NCBI GenBank assembly: GCA_051362555.1
Contig: CM120643.1
Coordinates: forward strand, 1,674,001 to 1,738,000
Direction of reading: 5' to 3'
Source: Lingula anatina
Taxonomy: Eukaryota > Animalia > Brachiopoda
DNA length: 64,000 nucleotides
Positions within the stretch are counted from its first letter, which is position 1. Each line of letters opens with the position of its first letter. The notes under the pieces were generated by a model, which was not told where the DNA came from, did not search any database, and was given only the letters and a program-made list of their open reading frames with translations. The position numbers and the translations under genes were made by a program. Below are positions 62,001 to 64,000 of the stretch, piece by piece.

Positions 62001-64000
62001 CGCGCCTGACTGAGTGAATTCTGATTTGGCAAATGTGGAACGTAGCCAACACCAACACAGAGATACCGTAGAGTCCTTATAGCACTCAGGACTATATGCT
62101 CTTTATCTGAGCGGAGAAGTCTCACAAGTGAATGAATGCCATTGGCATTGCCAATTTCTGTCTGTTTATTTAACGCCCCACGAGATAAGACCCCTAACGC
62201 CTCTGAGCCAATAAGATGCAGCTTCTCTGACCCCGTGCTCAAGAACTCGATTAGTGTCTGTACGCCAATAATACTAGCCATGGAGCGTTGCTCTTCAATA
62301 TAGTCTCCAGCCTCCGCCCACAGGGCAGCCGCCGTTTTCTCCTGAACACGCTCGGCTCGGCTTTTCTTGAGCAAGTTATTCAGAGGAATCAAGGCGCCCT
62401 CCTCTTTGATAGTCTTCTGAGTCGAGCTGTTATTCTCGGCTAAATACCTTATGGCATCAACAGCCGACAGCTGCAGGTCTCTGTTTTTGAGACCAGTGAG
62501 CGTGATGATGTGCGCGGCACCGCCCTCCTCCACAATGGCGTTCTGGTTGTTTTTATTGTTACAAGCAATCTTACTGATGCTGATAGTCAAAGCCATGAGT
62601 AGATCCTGGTTTTGCGCCTCTTCTAAGTGTCCCACCAGGGCTTGGACACACCCTGACGTGTTTCCTATGGTTCCTTGGTGGGCCTCTCCCGCCTCAGCGA
62701 TAAATCCCAAGCAATACACACACTCCACAAGAACCTCAGGGTCTCGGACAGTTTGAATGACCTTGACCAAGTTGGGAATGGCTCCTGCTTGAGCAGCTTG
62801 GTCTGCCAGCTCCGTGATCCGGGAAACCTCTTTGAGGACCGTAGCCGCCAACTGTACTATGAAATTATTGGACGATTTCAAAAGTCTAACCAGTGCTGGG
62901 ATGCCACCAGAGGACGCCACCTGTTCCTTTACAACATCCTCAGGGATGAGGTTTATCAGACAGTGTAATGCTTCTGTCTTAGCTCTGTCGCCAATCTGAC
63001 TTTTTATGACCTTCACAATGATTGGAACGCCACCGTTATCGACCACCGCCTTCCAGTTGGGGTGCATTCCCTCGGAACTCCCCTGAGTAAGAGTACGTAG
63101 ACATTTCCCCGCCGACTCAGCCTCATCTTCAACTTCCGAAGATAGGTAGTTCAGTAAACGTTTCCAAACTGGAAGATCCTCAAAGTTCTTTTCCAGAAAG
63201 AAATCTAGAATCTCAATAAAATGCTTGTTTGCTGACAGCTCCACAACACCATGATTCTGGTTGTTGATGGCATTCACCTGATGAAACAGTAAAATGAACA
63301 ATGTACAATATATCTATTAAGGGTAATTTTTCATCAAATTTATTTTTTTTTACATAAATTTTTCTTTGACAAAGTTATTGTGTCAAACATGAAAAAGATG
63401 ATTCCAACATTTTAAAAAAGGTGATTTTCATGTTAGAAAGTGTATGTTTTTATAAGTACTATAATGAGAAATCTTTGTAACCCCCCCCCCCCAAATAAAA
63501 TAACAATACTAACAAAAATTTTTAACAAAAATAAAATAGAAATAAGTAAGCCATGTGTTGTTACTTGAGTCATCACTGTAATAAATTATTCATTTGTTTA
63601 TTTTTAGGACCTACATATAGCTTTTATAAATGCCATTACTAGAACAAGTAAAAATGAATTATATTCTCAACATAAAGATTACTTATATTTAATTTTGCTT
63701 ATCTTCCACAAAACCTGGTCACACTGCTTTCCTGAAAATCCTACCTTGGCACCAAGGGAGATAAGACACTCAACCGTCTCCTTGTTTCCATTGGTCACTG
63801 CCAGTAATAGAGGCGTAGAGCGATACTCATCTTCTGTCTCCAACTCCAACTGGTCCTTATTGGCATTGACGAACCTCTCGATGGATTTTATGAACCCTCG
63901 GAAGGCGGCATGATGGATGTGGTACCATCCGTTCTCGTCTTTCTCATTCATAGTTGCTGCTAGACGGGTCGCAGCAACTGTTTGCTGGGCTCTGGATTGA
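56022..64000 (-). CDS. ANKAR: Ankyrin and armadillo repeat-containing protein (5'-partial)
   Basis: Exons >64000-63745 (ankyrin: GWYHIHHAA, TPLLLAV..G), 63277-61909 (armadillo repeats), 59747-59503, 59262-59106, 57320-57173, 56836-56717 and 56283-56022 (stop). All GT-AG with consistent phases 0,1,0,1,2,2. The ANK-then-ARM architecture fits ANKAR. Confidence 0.88.
56565..56731. repeat. 37-bp tandem repeat spanning the ANKAR exon 56836-56717 donor site (4-5 copies)
   Basis: ACTTACTCAATAGGTGGCAGT at 56711, 56674 (variant) and 56637; degenerate copies near 56605 and 56565. Confidence 0.85.
57278..58533. repeat. 64-bp minisatellite (~19.5 copies) spanning the ANKAR exon 57320-57173 acceptor site
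   Basis: Minus-strand unit GTATTGTTATTGTTATTG(C/T)AG|GTGTTCCTGCAGCTATTGTCTCAATCCATGCTGTAGATTTACT. Acceptor positions 57321, 57385, ... 58479; one unit is 70 bp. Confidence 0.95.
58789..58951. repeat. (GT)n / GT-AT-GC compound microsatellite
   Basis: Direct reading. Confidence 0.85.
60996..61218. mobile_element. PIF/Harbinger-like MITE, TTA TSD
   Basis: TTA-GGGTGTGTTCACA...TGTGAACATATCC-TTA. Confidence 0.65.
61223..61395. mobile_element. MITE with 5-bp TSD CTTAC
   Basis: TIR CTGGAGTAGCGCTA / TAGCGCTACCCCAG; CTTAC at 61218-61222 and 61396-61400; internal TTAGCCAA/TTGGCTAA repeats. Confidence 0.75.

Overview
AT-rich, intron-containing animal genomic DNA (invertebrate-like; taxon not determinable from sequence alone). 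The left ~48 kb is a triplicated block. Each copy carries a minus-strand spliced gene for a small (~265 aa) secreted protein made of a signal peptide, an acidic/Pro-rich linker and one von Willebrand type D (VWD) domain; the coding exons diverge faster than the UTRs. The block holds many transposons: a decayed TTAA-targeting Sola3-like DNA transposon (4792-13883) containing a young Ty3/Gypsy element (5477-10848), two Tc1/mariner relics, a 2-kb foldback element, LINE fragments and several MITE families. The Gypsy element has 116-bp TA...TA LTRs and no tRNA primer-binding site; its PBS is instead complementary to its own LTR, as in Tf1-style self-priming. The right part holds a 4-exon SDR gene (+) and the 3' part of an ANKAR-like gene (-). 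In ANKAR, one splice acceptor is amplified 19x (64-bp unit) and the next exon's donor 4-5x (37-bp unit). All coordinates, alignments and counts were made by eye; no database searches were run.
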